A stretch of DNA of 6,609 nucleotides from NCBI GenBank assembly GCA_964522265.1, contig CAZFVS010000058.1:1-6609 (forward strand), given 5' to 3'. A program made the translations under genes and the position numbers. Below are positions 4,881-6,609 of the stretch, piece after piece (position 1 is the first letter of the stretch; every line of letters starts with the position of its first letter). This DNA is from an uncultured Gammaproteobacteria bacterium. Lineage in GTDB: Bacteria > Patescibacteriota > Microgenomatia > Daviesbacterales > UBA10151. The notes under the pieces were generated by a model. It saw only the letters and a list, made by a program, of their open reading frames with translations, was not told the origin of the DNA and searched no databases.

Positions 4881-6609
4881 CTACCATAATTCCTGCGGTT
4901 GCGGCTCAAACTACCGCTTCTTGATGAACCCATACTGCTGAATCCCCGGTCCCTCCTCCCGAAACCACCACCTGTCCTCATACCGCCTCCACCACGGAAT
5001 CCTCCGCTGTCATACCCTCCTCTTTCAGATGTAAAATTGCGGTGTGTTGATCCACCACCCATCCGGTTTCCGCTGCCAAAACCTCCCCTTCTTTGGAATC
5101 CTCCCCGCTCCGGCCTGCCTTCGGATTCTATTTTTCTATCCTCCCCAAATAACATCGACAGTCCTATTTTACCCTGTTGGTCAACATCTGTAACCCGCAC
5201 ATGGACTATCTGACCTTCTGACACAACATCTTCCGGATGCTCAACTCTACCTGGCGCCATCTGAGAGATATGAACCAATCCATCCTTACCCGGTAATATC
5301 TCAACAAACGCTCCAAATTGTGTAATTCTTACCACCCGGCCGTCATACTCTTCCCCTATTTTCACTTCTTTAAACATACCTTCAACAACTTCCAAAGCTT
5401 TTTTGATCGCCTCTTCATCAGTTGATGAGATCATAACAGTCCCATCATCCTCAATATCAATTTGTGCTCCGGTTTTCGCAATAATACCGTTGATATTCTT
5501 TCCTCCCGGTCCAATCAATGAACCAATCTCTTCAGGCTTAATGTGGGTTATTTTGATTTTGGGGGCGTACTGGGATATCACCACCTCTTTTGGCATCACC
5601 CCAATCATCTTGCCCAGTATAAATTCCCTGGCATTCTTACCCTGCCTTAATGCTTCCTCAATAATTCCAAAGGTGAGCCCGTGCAGTTTAGTATCCATCT
5701 GGACTCCGGTAATGCCGTTTTTGGTACCGGCTATTTTAAAGTCCATCTCTCCGTAAAAATCTTCAACTGCCTGCATATCAGTGATTACCTGAAACTTTGC
5801 TTTTTTTGAGACTGAGGGGTCGTGGTCCGTAAAAAGCCCCATGGCAATTCCTGCCACAGGCTCTATCGGCACTCCTGAGTTTAACATCGCCAATGTCGAG
5901 GCGCAAACCGCAGCTTGTGAAGTAGAGGCGTTAGCCCCTAACACCTCTGAAACAACCCTAATTGCATAGGGGAATTCCTCCTTGGAAGGAATCACGCTAT
6001 TTATAGAAATCTCCCCCAGATTACCGTGGCCGATATCGCGCCTGTTTGGCGACCCTATCCTTTTAACATCACCGGTGGAAAAAGGGTTAATACTCATATT
6101 GTAATAATGCATAAAACGTTTTGAATCCTCTCCCTCCATCCCCTCAAGCGTTTGAGAGTCAGACAGCGGACCCAAACTTGCAACTGACCGCACCCGTGAG
6201 CCCCATCTTTTGAATATGGCTGAACCATGGGCTCCAGGTAAAACTCCAATTTCCATATAAATATCCCGTACATCCTCCATCCCCCTACCATCAACCCTTT
6301 TACCTTGTTTGAGAATAAAGTCATTCATCATCTCTTTGGCTACCTTATCAAAAATAGAAATTACCTGTACAGCTGTTACGGTATCCGCATGAAGAGCAAT
6401 TATTTCATCCTTGATGATATCCCCTGTTGAATCATGCCAGGTGGAATTTTTGTCAAACAACGCCTTTTCTATCCTGTCTTTAATATCTTTTGTGACTTTG
6501 GCCAGCAGTTGGGGGTCAATCTCTTCTGATACAGCTACAAATGCCTGTTTTTCCCTACCCGCTTCTTTATCATAATCTCTAATTATACCAAGTAGGTGAC
6601 GCGACTGCC
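4877..6609 (-). CDS. pnp: Polynucleotide phosphorylase, C-terminal ~576 codons (N-terminus off the right window edge)
   Basis: The track starts this ORF at an internal TTG (6460). Hand translation shows the frame stays open to 6609: ...QSRHLLGIIRDYDKEAGREKQAFVAVSEEIDPQLLAKVTKDIKDRIEKALFDKN...

- Second RNase PH core: KRVDGRGMEDVRDI, GSPNRRDIGHGNL, FPYAIRVVSEVLGANASTSQAAVCASTLAMLNSGVPI, VAGIAMGL.
- Metal site: VEDFYGEMDFKIAG.
- KH domain: IGSLIGPGGKNINGIIAKTGAQIDIEDDGTVMI.
- S1 domain: YDGRVVRITQFGAFVEILPGKDGLVHISQM...GKIGLSM. Confidence 0.93.
   Translation of the reverse strand, partial: QSRHLLGIIRDYDKEAGREKQAFVAVSEEIDPQLLAKVTKDIKDRIEKALFDKNSTWHDSTGDIIKDEIIALHADTVTAVQVISIFDKVAKEMMNDFILKQGKRVDGRGMEDVRDIYMEIGVLPGAHGSAIFKRWGSRVRSVASLGPLSDSQTLEGMEGEDSKRFMHYYNMSINPFSTGDVKRIGSPNRRDIGHGNLGEISINSVIPSKEEFPYAIRVVSEVLGANASTSQAAVCASTLAMLNSGVPIEPVAGIAMGLFTDHDPSVSKKAKFQVITDMQAVEDFYGEMDFKIAGTKNGITGVQMDTKLHGLTFGIIEEALRQGKNAREFILGKMIGVMPKEVVISQYAPKIKITHIKPEEIGSLIGPGGKNINGIIAKTGAQIDIEDDGTVMISSTDEEAIKKALEVVEGMFKEVKIGEEYDGRVVRITQFGAFVEILPGKDGLVHISQMAPGRVEHPEDVVSEGQIVHVRVTDVDQQGKIGLSMLFGEDRKIESEGRPERGGFQRRGGFGSGNRMGGGSTHRNFTSERGGYDSGGFRGGGGMRTGGGFGRRDRGFSSMGSSRSGSLSRNRRNYGR
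4880..5152 (-). other. Arg/Gly-rich low-complexity C-terminal extension of PNPase (RGG-type tail, 91 aa)
   Basis: After the S1 domain ends (..KIGLSM), the ORF continues LFGEDRKIESEGRPERGGFQRRGGFGSGNRMGGGSTHRNFTSERGGYDSGGFRGGGGMRTGGGFGRRDRGFSSMGSSRSGSLSRNRRNYGR. It contains at least four RGGF/GGFR-type repeats. The nucleotide unit ggaatcctcc recurs on the plus strand near 4995 and 5093. There are no hydrophobic core residues. E. coli PNPase ends shortly after S1. Confidence 0.85.

Noticed and set aside
4899-5213. Proline-rich 104-aa plus-strand ORF
   Set aside because: It is the antisense of the Gly/Arg-rich PNPase tail. GGN/CGN codons read as NCC/NCG on the opposite strand, so Pro richness is the expected mirror artefact.
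1564-5756. Other plus-strand ORFs: 1564..1809, 2417..2626, 2881..3138, 3192..3377, 3666..3920, 4270..4536, 5403..5756
   Set aside because: Each lies fully inside, or almost fully inside, a minus-strand gene with strong family motifs (rnj, Lon-like ATPase, pnp) or a well-supported coupled ORF. None has a recognisable motif or an SD.
6170-6240. Divergent PNPase segment FKRWGSRVRSVASLG where the family usually has F-T-R-G-E-T-Q..TLG, a possible frameshift or pseudogene
   Set aside because: Neither alternative frame of this stretch restores the consensus, and the segment length matches the canonical one. The phosphate-binding (NASTSQ) and metal-binding (EDFYGEMDFK) sites downstream are intact. 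I treat it as lineage divergence. It could be rechecked against orthologues.
6458-6460. TTG at 6460 as the pnp start, as listed in the ORF track
   Set aside because: The frame stays open upstream to the window edge. The upstream translation (..IDPQLLAKVTKDIKDRIEKAL..) continues the PNPase all-alpha linker before the second RNase PH core. The gene is therefore truncated by the window and does not start here.
1-6609. Scan for CRISPR repeats, tRNA/rRNA, transposase or integrase genes, and long direct or inverted repeats
   Set aside because: None found by eye. Coding density is about 98 percent on one strand, and the only non-coding gap is 86 nt, too short and unstructured for a tRNA.

Overview
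All five genes in this window sit on the minus strand, with no RNA genes, CRISPR arrays or mobile elements that I could see. Read 5'->3' on the minus strand, from high to low coordinates:

- **pnp** (4877..>6609): polynucleotide phosphorylase, N-terminus off the right edge. It carries an unusual 91-aa Arg/Gly-rich (RGG-type) C-terminal tail.
- **Orphan protein** (4263..4880): 205 aa, N-terminally membrane-anchored. Its ATG overlaps the pnp stop (ATGA).
- **Stand-alone Lon-type AAA+ ATPase** (3206..4255): 349 aa. It has neither the Lon N-domain nor the Lon protease domain.
- **rnj** (1480..3204): RNase J, starting 1 nt after the Lon-like stop.
- **ftsK** (<1..1393): follows an 86-nt spacer. It is missing from the ORF track because its stop lies off the left edge, and was recovered by hand translation.

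Every plus-strand ORF in the track is an antisense shadow of these genes.

The main candidate for something undescribed is the tightly coupled pnp / membrane protein / protease-less Lon ATPase / rnj cassette. Two RNA-decay nucleases bracket an ATPase that keeps its ATP-hydrolysis motifs, has no peptidase, and appears to have lost the pore-loop tyrosine. The PNPase tail resembles a disordered RNA-binding or condensate-forming domain.

The divergent but intact housekeeping genes, compact spacing and moderately AT-rich look suggest an uncultivated small-genome bacterium. That is inference only. All homology statements come from remembered family motifs, not database searches.
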